64,000 bases of DNA from Candidatus Margulisiibacteriota bacterium (GCA_050250935.1 JBFWNS010000002.1:199793-263792), one strand, 5' to 3'. Positions 1 to 10,279 are shown, counted from the first letter of the stretch. The notes: a model not told the origin generated them from the letters alone. Program-made: numbers and translations.

Positions 1-31
1 CAACACCGAACGCAAGCCGTCATCTTCCCCA

Positions 32-1060
32 TCAGCGCACTGTAACCCGAGTTTGTGTAACAGGGCCTTCCCAAAGCGCCAGGTCTTGGGTTTCGTTCGT
101 CGGCCATCCCTGCAGTTGAGCGGCTGCTAGGCCAATTTTTGAACTTAACGCCAGTTGAATTGAAACCTCCTTACACAGATTGTGGGGTGGCTTTTTGGCT
201 TCTTGCAACCCAAAGGCTTTGGCGGTTTCGGCAAGACCCATCAGGGTATTGGCTTGGCGACCAAAATCCCTAGATTGGTCGTAGAAGGTTGACCAGTTCG
301 GGGTCTGGCCGGGATAGGACACAGAAAAGGCTCGTTCTACAACAACCCGAAAGGTTTGACTGACTGGGCTGCTCTCGCTTTCAAAAAAAGAGCGGTCTTG
401 TCGAAAGTGTTGGGTTTCTTTGTCGAACCAGCCAAACAACCCTTCAATATCTGTTTTGGCCTGGGAAAACTCAAACTTAACCTGTGGCAAAAGGTCATAG
501 ATGACGGCCAGTTCGGCTTGTTTTTTTCCAGACAAATCCGCAAAAGTGCCCATTATTGGGGCCTTGTCCTCGGGCCAAACAACGGAAGCCAATCGCATTT
601 TGGGGTAATAACTATTCACATCGTCAGCCAATCCATGGAGATACCATCCCAAAAACACCAAATTCAATCGTCGTTTCCAAACCGCATCGATGGGGGCAGA
701 CGGAATGTAGTCGAGGGCACTGGCCAACAGGGCTTTTGAAAACCCAGGATCGTCGCTTTCTTTGTGGTCTGTTTTGCTAAAAAAAGCCGTCTTGGTATAG
801 CGATCGGTACCAAAAAAACCATGATCCATATCCGCCAGGTACACCTTCCCCCAGACAAACCAATCCACTTCGGACATTTCAATTTTTCGACCGCTGGGCA
901 GAAGAATCACTTCGGGTTTGTCAGACAAGCCCAATTTATTGGCAATATCGATGGCAACAACGCTATGCCCAAAAGGCCCCCAAGCCAAAGTGGGCCTGGA
1001 TGTCCCTAAAAAACACATCACAAGAGCGACCACCACCAGCATTTTTGCAGGAATTTTCAT
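32..1060 (-). CDS. Secreted S1/P1-nuclease / Zn-dependent phospholipase-C superfamily protein (signal peptide, mature N-terminus WGPFGHS)
   Basis: N-terminal hydrophobic signal followed by AWGPFGHSVVA. This matches the W-G-x-x-G-H zinc-ligand start of mature S1/P1 nucleases. Later H/D-rich segments (LADMDHG, HGLADD) fit the family. Confidence 0.45.
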   Translation of the reverse strand: MKIPAKMLVVVALVMCFLGTSRPTLAWGPFGHSVVAIDIANKLGLSDKPEVILLPSGRKIEMSEVDWFVWGKVYLADMDHGFFGTDRYTKTAFFSKTDHKESDDPGFSKALLASALDYIPSAPIDAVWKRRLNLVFLGWYLHGLADDVNSYYPKMRLASVVWPEDKAPIMGTFADLSGKKQAELAVIYDLLPQVKFEFSQAKTDIEGLFGWFDKETQHFRQDRSFFESESSPVSQTFRVVVERAFSVSYPGQTPNWSTFYDQSRDFGRQANTLMGLAETAKAFGLQEAKKPPHNLCKEVSIQLALSSKIGLAAAQLQGWPTNETQDLALWEGPVTQTRVTVR

Positions 1061-1165
1061 ATCGACTCTAGACTAGGAGGCTGGATTCAAAAACACAAGT
1101 CACGACTTACCATTTTGAAAAGTTCCCAGTATACTTTTAAGCTCAATCTACCTCAGGAGATCCCC

Positions 1166-2089
1166 ATGAAAGAAAGCAAGTTCATCTGGAAAAACGGCAC
1201 CCTCATTCCCTGGCAAGAAGCCACCACCCACGTTCTGACCCACGGCCTTCACTATGGCACCGGGGTTTTTGAAGGCATTCGGGCCTATAAAACCGACCGT
1301 GGCGCTGCTGTTTTTCGTTCCGAAGACCACTATAAACGACTCTATGATTCCGGCAAAATTTATCAGATGAAGGTGCCTTATGATGCGGACACCCTGATGG
1401 CAGCCACCCGACAACTTTTGGCCGAAAATAACCTTGATTCTTGTTATATCCGACCCATTGCCTATTACGGCTATGGCGAAATGGGCTTGAATCCCGGCAA
1501 AAACAAGATCGATGTGGTGATTGCAGCCTGGGAATGGGGAACGTATTTGGGCGAAGAGGGCTTGGAAAAAGGCATCCGTTGCAAAATCAGCTCTTGGACA
1601 CGCATTGATGGCCGCATTATGCCAGCCCAAGCCAAAAGCACGGCCAATTACGCCAATTCGGCTCTGGCCAAAATGGAAGCCATTCACTGCGGGTTCGACG
1701 AGGCCATTATGCTGAATCTGAACGGTACCATTGCCGAAGGACCTGGCGAAAATATTTTTATGATTAAAAACGGCAAACTGTACACCACACCGGTTGTGGA
1801 CAGCGCGCTTTGGGGCATCACCTGCCAATCGGTCATGACTTTGGCCAAAGACATGGGCTTGGAAGTTGGCATCGAAAGCATGCCCCGAGACGATTTATTC
1901 CTGGCCAACGAACTTTTCTTTACCGGAACAGCTGCCGAAATCACCCCCATTCGCGAAATCGATGGGCGGGTTATTGGGTCTGGCAAACGTGGTCCGATCA
2001 CCGAAAAAATTCAACGGGCTTTCTTTGACATTGTTCAAGGCAAAAACGACCGCTACAGCCACTGGCTGGATTATGTAAAACCTGTATGA
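1166..2089 (+). CDS. ilvE: Branched-chain amino acid aminotransferase (class IV)
   Basis: Translation MKESKFIWKNGTLIPWQEATTHVLTHGLHYGTGVFEGIRAY... is typical BCAT. AGGAGA RBS 6 nt upstream of the ATG at 1166; the ORF-track start at 1115 is probably too long. Confidence 0.9.
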   Translation: MKESKFIWKNGTLIPWQEATTHVLTHGLHYGTGVFEGIRAYKTDRGAAVFRSEDHYKRLYDSGKIYQMKVPYDADTLMAATRQLLAENNLDSCYIRPIAYYGYGEMGLNPGKNKIDVVIAAWEWGTYLGEEGLEKGIRCKISSWTRIDGRIMPAQAKSTANYANSALAKMEAIHCGFDEAIMLNLNGTIAEGPGENIFMIKNGKLYTTPVVDSALWGITCQSVMTLAKDMGLEVGIESMPRDDLFLANELFFTGTAAEITPIREIDGRVIGSGKRGPITEKIQRAFFDIVQGKNDRYSHWLDYVKPV

Positions 2090-3012
2090 ACACCCATTCA
2101 ACGTTACTCTGGGTAGGGTTTAATGCCTTTATTTTAATCCTGTTGCTGCTGGATATGGGTGTTTTTCACCGCAATTCTACACAGGTCTCTTTAAAAAGCG
2201 CCCTTAAGCTATCCGCTTTTTGGATAGCTCTGGCCCTGCTCTTTAACGTTGGGGTGTATGCGTGGTTGGGGCCTCAACCGGCCCTCGAATTTTTTACGGG
2301 TTACGTGATTGAAAAGTCCCTTTCTATCGACAATTTGTTTGTCTTTTTGCTGATTTTTTCCTATTTCAAAGTCCCAAAAGACTATCAACACAAAGTTTTG
2401 TTTTGGGGCATTTTGGGAGCCCTGGTTTTAAGGGGCGTGTTCATCTTTTTGGGGGTCGCCGTTTTAGACCGCTTTCATTGGGTGATGTACATTTTTGGAG
2501 CACTGTTGATTGTGAGTGGTCTTAAAATGGGCCTGGAAAAAGAGAAAGAAATTCACCCCGAAAACAACCCCATGCTGCGTTTGTTTAAACGACTATTTCG
2601 CACCACATCCCAGTATGATGGGGATCGGTTTTTAACCAAAGTGAACGGTCTTTGGGCCGCCACCCCGTTGCTGATTGTATTGATTGTGGTGGAAACCACA
2701 GACCTGATTTTTGCCGTAGATTCCATCCCAGCTGTGCTGGCCATAACCCGGGATCCCTTTATTGTGTATTCGTCGAATGTATTTGCCATTTTGGGCTTGC
2801 GTGCCTTGTTTTTTGCCTTGTCGGGCATCATGCAACTGTTCGAGTACTTGCACTATGGTCTTTCGGCTATTTTGGTGTTTATTGGGGTTAAAATGGTCGT
2901 CGAGCCATTTTATCACCTCTCGATTGGGGTTTCGTTGTCGGTGATCGCCTCTTTTCTGGCCATTTCGGTTATGGCTTCGGTGATCGCTTCTAAACGCAAG
3001 CACCCTTCTTAA
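2086..3012 (+). CDS. TerC-family integral membrane protein
   Basis: Multi-TM protein with SIDNLFVFLLIF and AVDSIPAVLAIT motifs characteristic of TerC/Alx. ATGA overlap with the ilvE stop. Confidence 0.8.
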   Translation: MNTHSTLLWVGFNAFILILLLLDMGVFHRNSTQVSLKSALKLSAFWIALALLFNVGVYAWLGPQPALEFFTGYVIEKSLSIDNLFVFLLIFSYFKVPKDYQHKVLFWGILGALVLRGVFIFLGVAVLDRFHWVMYIFGALLIVSGLKMGLEKEKEIHPENNPMLRLFKRLFRTTSQYDGDRFLTKVNGLWAATPLLIVLIVVETTDLIFAVDSIPAVLAITRDPFIVYSSNVFAILGLRALFFALSGIMQLFEYLHYGLSAILVFIGVKMVVEPFYHLSIGVSLSVIASFLAISVMASVIASKRKHPS

Positions 3013-3014
3013 AA

Positions 3015-3245
3015 ATGAGCCCCAAAAAACCCACCTTTCGGAAAGGGAGCCTCTTTTTTCACAAAGACACCCACGACAAGGTGATGTTTGGCACATGGAT
3101 GGATGGAGACAGTGCCGTTCAATGTTTGCGCCTTAAAGACAAGTCGTTTATCACCGTCCCCATCGACGATTTTTTGGCCAACTATGTTTCTTATGCGGCC
3201 ATCGAAAAAGCCGCCAAAGACAAACGCCGAGGACAAGGGTGGTAG
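3015..3245 (+). CDS. Small hypothetical protein (76 aa)
   Basis: ORF starts 3 nt after the TerC stop and has no recognisable motif. Confidence 0.3.
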   Translation: MSPKKPTFRKGSLFFHKDTHDKVMFGTWMDGDSAVQCLRLKDKSFITVPIDDFLANYVSYAAIEKAAKDKRRGQGW

Positions 3246-3883
3246 GGTTTCGACTTGGGCTTGGGATCGGGATGTTGCTCTTAGCCTGCCTACCCGTGAT
3301 GGCCCAATCCCGAACCGAAATCGACTTTCAAATTCCGGTCTCGCCTTCCCAAGACCTTAAAACCCTCTGGCATCGCCTTCGTCAAACAGCGCTCGATGCC
3401 AAAGCTTCGGGCATTGGTGCCCAAAGGTCCGAGACCTTGTCTTACAGCCTGGCCACCTATTGCCTATCGCCAACCGGCACAATGAGTCTGAGTCTGCCCT
3501 TGCGACTAAATCGCCCAACCAGCTTGGCGTTTCTGACATTCGAAACCCCCGTTTCAGACACCACTGCCCTGCCCAAAGGCATTCAACACTATGCCTGCGA
3601 CGATGGTCTTCGGGTCCACCTCTCCCAAATTGTGGGGCCAGGCATGTTTTTGCAATGGCCTGCCATTTGTCCTTCGCCTTCGGTGGTCCAATATTCCGAA
3701 ATCAAACTGGGCGATGTGGCTTTCGATCCCGTGTTGTACATCTCGGTTTCATACAAAAAAATGGATTCTGAAACCTTCCTGCATTTCTATTACCGCCAAA
3801 AAGACGAACTTGCCCCAAGCCTTGCTGCTTTGGAAAAATGCCGCCAGTGGCGCCTGCTTCTGTCGAAAAAAGCCCCTTTTTAA
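3239..3883 (+). CDS. Secreted hypothetical protein
   Basis: N-terminal signal peptide (LLLACLPVMAQS); no recognisable domain. Confidence 0.4.
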   Translation: MVGFRLGLGIGMLLLACLPVMAQSRTEIDFQIPVSPSQDLKTLWHRLRQTALDAKASGIGAQRSETLSYSLATYCLSPTGTMSLSLPLRLNRPTSLAFLTFETPVSDTTALPKGIQHYACDDGLRVHLSQIVGPGMFLQWPAICPSPSVVQYSEIKLGDVAFDPVLYISVSYKKMDSETFLHFYYRQKDELAPSLAALEKCRQWRLLLSKKAPF

Positions 3884-3940
3884 TCGCCCAAAGCCAGGGT
3901 ATGATGGAAAAAAAACATCGCCCTCAAAAAGGACCTTCCC

Positions 3941-4303
3941 ATGTACAACCTCACAGTCACCAACGGCCAAGTCAGTTCTGAATCTGGATTCTATTTTATT
4001 GCAGCGCCTTTTACCCTCGAAGCCAATGGCCATCGCTATTCTGTCGATTTTAAGCGTGGCGCCAAAGACAAAGTGGCCTATATCCTTTCTGAAAATGGCA
4101 GCCCCATTACCGAGCTTTTTCATAACGACTATACCTTCGAAACGAGCCCAGAAGCAGTTCGTCCAGAGCTTCTTGCCGTGGCCTGTGCCTTTGTTAAATT
4201 GGGCATTACCACCGAAAAAAACCATGGCAAATACTTCAGCGACTCGGATCGCTTGGCTGGGGTTTCCTATACCATCACTCAACCCGACTTAATTTTGGCC
4301 TAA
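3941..4303 (+). CDS. Hypothetical protein (120 aa)
   Basis: Clean ORF with coding-like composition; no motif recognised. Confidence 0.4.
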   Translation: MYNLTVTNGQVSSESGFYFIAAPFTLEANGHRYSVDFKRGAKDKVAYILSENGSPITELFHNDYTFETSPEAVRPELLAVACAFVKLGITTEKNHGKYFSDSDRLAGVSYTITQPDLILA

Positions 4304-4401
4304 ATTTCAGCCTGAAATGAGCCCCGTTTCGGGTTTTACCTTGATGGATCGGGCTAGATTTAGCATAATGCCTCTATCCCCATTACAATCGAGGTGAGCC
4401 G

Positions 4402-5562
4402 ATGAATATCGCCATTTTTACAGATACGTATCATCCTCAGATCAACGGCGTCGTAACCAGCGTGGACACCTTTACACACGAATTCGAAAAAAATGGGCAT
4501 TCGGTTTTAATTGCCGGACCCAAAATGCCAGGCGGCAAGCGGTCTACTGCCAAAATCTGGCGGTTCAATTCCATGGTGTTTCCCTTTCAAAGAGAACACC
4601 GCGTCATTTGGCCCTATTCGCGAAAACTTTGCAAATTCAAAGACCTTAAAATCGATGTGATTCATGCGCAAACCCCCTTTTCTATGGGCTATTTGGCTTT
4701 GCATTTGGGCGCCAAATACAACATTCCGGTTGTGCATACCTATCACACTTTTTTTGCAGAATACCTTCACTATTTGCCCTTGCCCAATGTCCTGACCAAG
4801 GCCTATGCGGTGATGCAATCCCGCCGATTTTGCAACCGCTGCGACCAAGTGGTGGTACCGTCTCAGGCCATGAAAAACACCTTGAATAGCTATGGCATCA
4901 CCACGCCCATCGATGTGATTCCAACCGGTGTTGAAATCGACACCATCCCCTACAGCTCCCAGGCTTCGGCTTTTCGGGAAGCCCATCAGATTCCAGCCGA
5001 TAGACCCTTGTGTATTTTTGTGGGTCGGTTGGGCAAAGAAAAAAATGTTTATTTCCTGCTCGACGCTTTTCGCCAAGTGCTTAAAACCGTGCCCAATGCC
5101 CTGTTGTTGGTGGTGGGTGATGGCCCCGAATTAAAGGGGATGCGGCTTTGGGCCCACGAGCTGAAGCTGGACCAGTCCGTACGGTTTGTTGGCTATTTGC
5201 CCCGCAACGAGGTGTTTACAGCCTATGCCGCCAGTGATCTGATTTTGTTTCCCTCTAAAACCGAAACCCAAGGCTTAAGTTTGCTCGAAGGCCTCGCCAT
5301 GGGCAAACCCGCTGTTTGCCTGAACGCCATGGGAGTTAAAGATATTTTGGAAGGCAATGTGGGTGGCTTTTTGACCGAAGACCATTTGCCCGAATTTGTT
5401 GAAAAAGCCAGCGCTCTGCTTACAGATTCGGCCCTTTATACCCAAAAATCCCAAGAAGCCCGAACCCGGGCAGCCCAGTTTTCAGCAGCCTCGATGGCCG
5501 AAAAAATGATTGGGGTCTACGAATCCGCGATTGCTGCCCATAAAAAAGGAGAAAAACGATGA
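4402..5562 (+). CDS. Glycosyltransferase family 4 (GT1 fold)
   Basis: MNIAIFTDTYHPQINGV N-terminus and a C-terminal ExxxxxE-type GT4 region (FPSKTETQGLSLLEGLAMGKP). GAGGTGA RBS. Confidence 0.85.
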   Translation: MNIAIFTDTYHPQINGVVTSVDTFTHEFEKNGHSVLIAGPKMPGGKRSTAKIWRFNSMVFPFQREHRVIWPYSRKLCKFKDLKIDVIHAQTPFSMGYLALHLGAKYNIPVVHTYHTFFAEYLHYLPLPNVLTKAYAVMQSRRFCNRCDQVVVPSQAMKNTLNSYGITTPIDVIPTGVEIDTIPYSSQASAFREAHQIPADRPLCIFVGRLGKEKNVYFLLDAFRQVLKTVPNALLLVVGDGPELKGMRLWAHELKLDQSVRFVGYLPRNEVFTAYAASDLILFPSKTETQGLSLLEGLAMGKPAVCLNAMGVKDILEGNVGGFLTEDHLPEFVEKASALLTDSALYTQKSQEARTRAAQFSAASMAEKMIGVYESAIAAHKKGEKR

Positions 5563-7055
5563 ATTTACGTTGTACCACTGGCGATGCAGCCAGCAAAAAA
5601 ACCGATGTTTTAATTTTGCCATTTTTTGAGTCTGAAAAACCCAAAACCGGGGTCAAAAAAACCTTGGATCAAACACTCAAAAATCACCTGACCCAACTTA
5701 TCCAAACCAGGATTTTTGCAGGCAAACTGGGTCAAATTTGTGTGGTCCCAACTTTGGGACTGGCCCGGGCAAAGCAAGTGCTCTTGTTGGGCCTTGGCAA
5801 ACAAGGAGACCTCAGCCTCAACACCTTTCGCAATGCCGGTGGCGATTTGGCCCGAGCGTTGGAAAAACAAAAAGCCAAAACCGGGGTGCTAAGTCTGGAT
5901 GAAACCTCCCTTAAAAAATTCCCCCTTCCCGACATTGGTCAAGCCCTTGCAGAAGGATTGTTTTTGGGCCAATACCGCTTTAATACTTATTTAACCAACA
6001 GCAAAGACAGCCTATCCATCGACCTGCAATGGATGAGCCCTTCTAAAAAAACCACCACAGCCTTGTCCGAAAACTTGGATGTTGCCTTGGCCTTGGCCAG
6101 TGCCACCAACACGGCCAGAGATTTGGCCAACACCCCGCCCAACGACATGACACCCCGTATTTTTGTGGATTCTGTTCGCAATGTGTTTGCCGACTATCCC
6201 CACCTTAAACTCGAGGTTATCGACCGCAAAAAAGCCAAAGAATTGGGTATGGGTGCTTTCTTGGGCGTGGCCCAAGGCAGTGTGGAAGAGCCGTTTATGG
6301 CCATTTTGCGCTACATGCCCATTAAAAAACAGGCGCCAATTGCCCTCTTGGGCAAGGGCATTACCTTCGACACCGGTGGTATTTCCATTAAACCCGCCGC
6401 CAAAATGAGCGAAATGAAAGGCGACATGAGCGGGGCTGCTGCTGTGTTTGGCGCCATGAAGGCCATTGCCGAACTTCAACCTCAAGTCAACGTGATGGGG
6501 ATGATGGTTCTGGCCGAAAACATGCCTTCGGGTTCGGCCCAACGACCTGGGGATATCGTCAAAGCCATGAACGGCAAAACCATCGAAATTTTGAACACCG
6601 ACGCCGAAGGGCGATTGGTGCTGGCCGATGCCCTGTGTTACGCCGTCCAAGAAGGGGCCAAAACCCTGATCGACATCGCCACTTTAACCGGTGCGGCCTG
6701 TGTGGCCTTGGGCGAAATGGCCTCTGGGGTATTGGGCAACAACCAAGCCCTGATCAACCACCTAATTAAAATTGGAAACGCCAACGGCGACCGGCTGTGG
6801 CAACTACCTTTGTTCGACGAGTATTTGGATTATTTAAAATCTGAGGCCGCCGATTTGGCCAACTGCAGCGAAGGCCGCTATGGGGGTACTTGCTCGGCTG
6901 CCAAGTTTTTGGAGCAGTTTGTGGGCAAAACCCCTTGGGCCCATTTGGACATTGCCCCGATGATGCACTTTTCCAAAGCCACTGGCTATACCAGTAAAGG
7001 CATGTCTGGGGTCGGTGCCAGAACCTTGGCCACCTACGTTCTCGACCAGGCCTAG
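5559..7055 (+). CDS. pepA: Leucyl aminopeptidase (M17)
   Basis: NTDAEGRLVLADAL M17 signature and GKGITFDTGGISIKP motif; ATGA overlap with the upstream glycosyltransferase gene. Confidence 0.9.
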   Translation: MNLRCTTGDAASKKTDVLILPFFESEKPKTGVKKTLDQTLKNHLTQLIQTRIFAGKLGQICVVPTLGLARAKQVLLLGLGKQGDLSLNTFRNAGGDLARALEKQKAKTGVLSLDETSLKKFPLPDIGQALAEGLFLGQYRFNTYLTNSKDSLSIDLQWMSPSKKTTTALSENLDVALALASATNTARDLANTPPNDMTPRIFVDSVRNVFADYPHLKLEVIDRKKAKELGMGAFLGVAQGSVEEPFMAILRYMPIKKQAPIALLGKGITFDTGGISIKPAAKMSEMKGDMSGAAAVFGAMKAIAELQPQVNVMGMMVLAENMPSGSAQRPGDIVKAMNGKTIEILNTDAEGRLVLADALCYAVQEGAKTLIDIATLTGAACVALGEMASGVLGNNQALINHLIKIGNANGDRLWQLPLFDEYLDYLKSEAADLANCSEGRYGGTCSAAKFLEQFVGKTPWAHLDIAPMMHFSKATGYTSKGMSGVGARTLATYVLDQA

Positions 7056-7056
7056 G

Positions 7057-8157
7057 ATGTCGTGGGCGGAAGACCTTTCCCGGATTGATTCGGAGGGTTG
7101 CCGCCGTCGGCTGGGGTCGTTGAAGGGCGCTGTTGGGGCAGACTTTACCACCAACGATAGTTTGGGGCTGAGTACGCATCCGGCATTGCTCGAATCGGTG
7201 AAGGCCTCGTTTTCGAAAATGGGGGCAACAGGGTCTCGGTTGTTGGGTGGCGATAGCCCGACCCTTCGGGAACTCGAAGCAGCCCTGGCCCAGTGGTTGA
7301 GCATCGAATCGGCCCTGGTTTTTAATTCGGGCTATCATGCCAACACCGGCATTTTGCCGGCTTTGTATGGGCCAGGGGATGTCGTGTTTGCCGACCGCTT
7401 GTGTCATGCCAGTTTGTGGGATGGCATTGCCCTTTCCAAGGCCAGTTTACACCGGTTTGCCCACAACGATCTTACCCATTTGGAAACCTTGCTTAAAAAA
7501 CACCGTCCAAACGCCAAACGCGCCGTGATTGTGGCCGAAGCCTTGTTCAGCATGGACGGGGATTTTGCGCCTTTATCGGATTTGGTTCGGCTTAAACACC
7601 AGTTTGGGGCCGAACTCTATGTGGACGAAGCCCACAGCATTGGCGCCTATGGCCCCACCGGAAACGGCCTTGTAGGCCTTTTGGGATTGGAAAAAGACAT
7701 CGATTTTTGGGTGGGGACATTTGGAAAAGCCTTTGGTAGTTACGGGGCTTTTGTGGGCTGTGCGGACATCCTCAAACACCTGCTGATTAACAAAGCCCGG
7801 CCCTTTATTTTTTCGACAGCCCTACCCCAACCCGTCGTGGCTTGGAACCTGGCTGCAATCCACTTAATGCCCCATCTGCACAGCGAACGCCAGACCTTGC
7901 ACCGGCATAGTGCTCAGTTTCGGGATCATCTGCCGGGCACCCCAAGCACCTCGCACATTGTGCCGGTGATTACCGGGTCTGCAGCCAGCGCCCTGGCTTT
8001 GGCCGACCGTTTGCACACCGAGGGTTTTGCTGTAACGGCCATTCGTCACCCCACGGTTCCCAAGGGAACAGAACGGATTCGGCTATCGTTAACGGCGACC
8101 CACAGCCCAGACACCCTTCACCACCTGTTACACATCCTCTCGGAGACCCTAGCATGA
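7057..8157 (+). CDS. bioF: 8-amino-7-oxononanoate synthase (class II aminotransferase)
   Basis: Starts at ATG 7057, one nt after the pepA TAG. GYHANTGIL and SMDGD motifs and the PLP-lysine region TFGKAFG are typical BioF/KBL. Confidence 0.8.
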   Translation: MSWAEDLSRIDSEGCRRRLGSLKGAVGADFTTNDSLGLSTHPALLESVKASFSKMGATGSRLLGGDSPTLRELEAALAQWLSIESALVFNSGYHANTGILPALYGPGDVVFADRLCHASLWDGIALSKASLHRFAHNDLTHLETLLKKHRPNAKRAVIVAEALFSMDGDFAPLSDLVRLKHQFGAELYVDEAHSIGAYGPTGNGLVGLLGLEKDIDFWVGTFGKAFGSYGAFVGCADILKHLLINKARPFIFSTALPQPVVAWNLAAIHLMPHLHSERQTLHRHSAQFRDHLPGTPSTSHIVPVITGSAASALALADRLHTEGFAVTAIRHPTVPKGTERIRLSLTATHSPDTLHHLLHILSETLA

Positions 8158-8753
8158 CCACCCTGTATCTGCCCGGTTGGGCCACCTTGCCTACTTTGTT
8201 CCCTAACTATCACGACGCAAACACCGTTCACCTTCCCGGCCCGATGATGTCGTATTATCCCGAATTTTTCGACGCCATTGCCGAACCCCTGCATGTGGTG
8301 GGATTTTCGCTGGGCTGCTATTTGGCCCAGGATTTTTTTAGGGCTCACCCCAGCAAAGTTTTGTCGATGACCTTTCATGGGGCCCGCCCCCAGTATCCCG
8401 ATAGCGATGTTCAAGGTGTTCGCAAAGCGGTTTCCCAAACCCCATCCCGAACCCGAGCCTATCTGACCCAATTTTACAAAGCCTGTTTCACCAATCCCAT
8501 CGAGCACGCCCTGTTCAAAACAACCCTGGAAGCTTCGTTTTTAGACACCTTTACCCAACCCTTGCTAGAAGAAGGCCTGGACTATATTGCCACCTCTAAA
8601 TTGGACGGGGGTTTGCTTCAACAGGTTCCAAATTTAAGCATTTGTCACGGTCAAGAAGACGCCATTGCCCCGTTTTTTGAAACGGAAAACTTCTGCACGG
8701 AATTTTCCCTTCCCTTCTTCCCTCACCCTGGGGGGCATTCGATTCCAACTTAA
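8154..8753 (+). CDS. Alpha/beta-hydrolase esterase, putative pimeloyl-ACP methyl ester esterase (BioG/BioH-like)
   Basis: ATGA overlap with bioF; about 200 aa; nucleophile elbow GFSLG. Position and size are as for the DUF452/BioG class. Confidence 0.5.
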   Translation: MTTLYLPGWATLPTLFPNYHDANTVHLPGPMMSYYPEFFDAIAEPLHVVGFSLGCYLAQDFFRAHPSKVLSMTFHGARPQYPDSDVQGVRKAVSQTPSRTRAYLTQFYKACFTNPIEHALFKTTLEASFLDTFTQPLLEEGLDYIATSKLDGGLLQQVPNLSICHGQEDAIAPFFETENFCTEFSLPFFPHPGGHSIPT

Positions 8754-8815
8754 CCCAAGCCGCTGAAATTTTTGATGTGTTTTTTCGATAATTTTTTAAA
8801 ACACAAGGACTCAGG

Positions 8816-9838
8816 ATGTTATTTCAAAAATTTGTTTCACTGGCACACACTGAAGAAGACAGCGAAATAGGCTCCCCTGCCAAACGGGTACACCTAGACA
8901 CCCGGAAGCCCTCAGCGGAAATACAAACGGTTTGGATTCATACTGCTTTAGCCAACCATTTTGGCCTGGTTGAAAGGGCCCAAGACTGCCTTCGGAATCA
9001 GGACACTATTCGTGCCCGTATCGAGCAGTTTTACATTGATCCCGCCCGTTATGCCAATGAAACAATGCAAAAATTTTTGTCCTGTTGCCAATTTATCGTC
9101 GATTCTGGGCGGTTGCCGGTCTCCTCGAATCAACCTACAAAAACCCACTCCCCCGAAGATCAGGCTGCGAGTTGGCTCGGCCATTGTCTCTCAAATGCTC
9201 GCACTAACGCTAGCAACACAGCCACTGATGCGGTCAGTCGGTATTTGGTGGCGCAGCTCTTTGGAACCCATCAACCCTTTTTTATTCAAAACAGACTCCA
9301 AGACCTTCAATTTCTTTCAACCTTAAAATACGTGGACGATTGTATCCGACAACACAACCGGCTTCCCAACACAACAGAAGATTCTCCCGTCTACAAGGCC
9401 TATCAAAACATTTTTAACCACTACCCCAGAGGATTCCCACAAGACCTGCAACGCTTTGTTGACCATCTTTTTCCACCAGAACGCCTATTGCCCTATGTGC
9501 GCCCCACTGGCGATATGGCGCTTAATAAACTCTTTTCTGCCTTGATTGAGCATTTTCGATCCCATGGAAATGCGAACCCCTATTCTCACACCAAAAGTGA
9601 TAGCGAGCTTGTCCGTTGGTGGGAAGAGAAGTTCAGATCTGAGGGGAAAACAAGAAAACATTCTATTACCTCTCAGGCAGAAGCAAAAGTTAACCGTATT
9701 CTAGAGCTTAGAAAAGCCATTGCGACCCTTAAAGAAGGGGATTGGAATGACCAAGCCCTACACCTTGCCCAGCATATTGGGCTAATTGCCCCTCCAGCAC
9801 CTGCTCCAGCCGCCGCAGCACCAGCTGCCCAGGCTTAG
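8816..9838 (+). CDS. Hypothetical protein with Ala/Pro-rich C-terminal tail
   Basis: 340-aa ORF with AAGGAC RBS, ending APPAPAPAAAAPAAQA; no domain recognised. Confidence 0.5.
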   Translation: MLFQKFVSLAHTEEDSEIGSPAKRVHLDTRKPSAEIQTVWIHTALANHFGLVERAQDCLRNQDTIRARIEQFYIDPARYANETMQKFLSCCQFIVDSGRLPVSSNQPTKTHSPEDQAASWLGHCLSNARTNASNTATDAVSRYLVAQLFGTHQPFFIQNRLQDLQFLSTLKYVDDCIRQHNRLPNTTEDSPVYKAYQNIFNHYPRGFPQDLQRFVDHLFPPERLLPYVRPTGDMALNKLFSALIEHFRSHGNANPYSHTKSDSELVRWWEEKFRSEGKTRKHSITSQAEAKVNRILELRKAIATLKEGDWNDQALHLAQHIGLIAPPAPAPAAAAPAAQA

Positions 9839-9952
9839 CATCACACCCCTTATTAACATGAAAAAACCCTAGTGGGCTGTCCCACAAAACTTCAAGCTAT
9901 TAAAGAAGAGAAGATTGCAAAACAAGCACCCCATCGCTTAAACTAGGCTATT

Positions 9953-10243
9953 ATGCTTGGTTTTTTGAAACGATTTAAACCCTTTTTGGGCTTTGTTTTG
10001 GTTGGGCTTTGGGCTGTTTCCCTGCTTTTTGGGGCCTTACACACCCATGCCAAACCCCACAACGAAGCCACCTGTACCCTGTGTATTGTTCAGCACTTGT
10101 CCAAGGGCATTGCGCTGGCGGTTTCGATTGGGTTGGTCGTACTGTGTATCCGTGTTTTTTCTGCGTTTGATGCCTCAACTGCTGTTGCCTCTGTCTTCCA
10201 CTTTACCCTCTTTCACCGACGGGGACCCCCTGTTTCTTTGTAA
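9953..10243 (+). CDS. Small membrane protein with His/Cys-rich motif (DUF2946-like), partner of the TonB-dependent receptor
   Basis: Two hydrophobic segments flank HTHAKPHNEATCTLCIVQH. It lies 37 bp upstream of the TonB-dependent receptor, as DUF2946 genes usually do. Confidence 0.4.
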   Translation: MLGFLKRFKPFLGFVLVGLWAVSLLFGALHTHAKPHNEATCTLCIVQHLSKGIALAVSIGLVVLCIRVFSAFDASTAVASVFHFTLFHRRGPPVSL

Positions 10244-10279
10244 TTAATCGCCCCATTTTATTACAAAGGAATTGTTATC

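Noticed and set aside
1148-1828. 226-aa minus-strand ORF inside ilvE
   Set aside because: It is antisense to a well-supported BCAT gene and has a Gly/Ala/Arg-rich composition typical of antisense translation of GC-balanced coding DNA. No motif is recognised.
6012-7407. Long minus-strand ORFs (212 and 213 aa) across pepA and bioF
   Set aside because: They are antisense shadows of confidently identified genes, with His/Gly/Arg-rich low-complexity translations and no RBS context.
8154-8753. Definitive bioH assignment
   Set aside because: At ~200 aa the protein is shorter than BioH, and only the GxSxG elbow and operon position support an esterase role. It is left as BioG/BioH-like.
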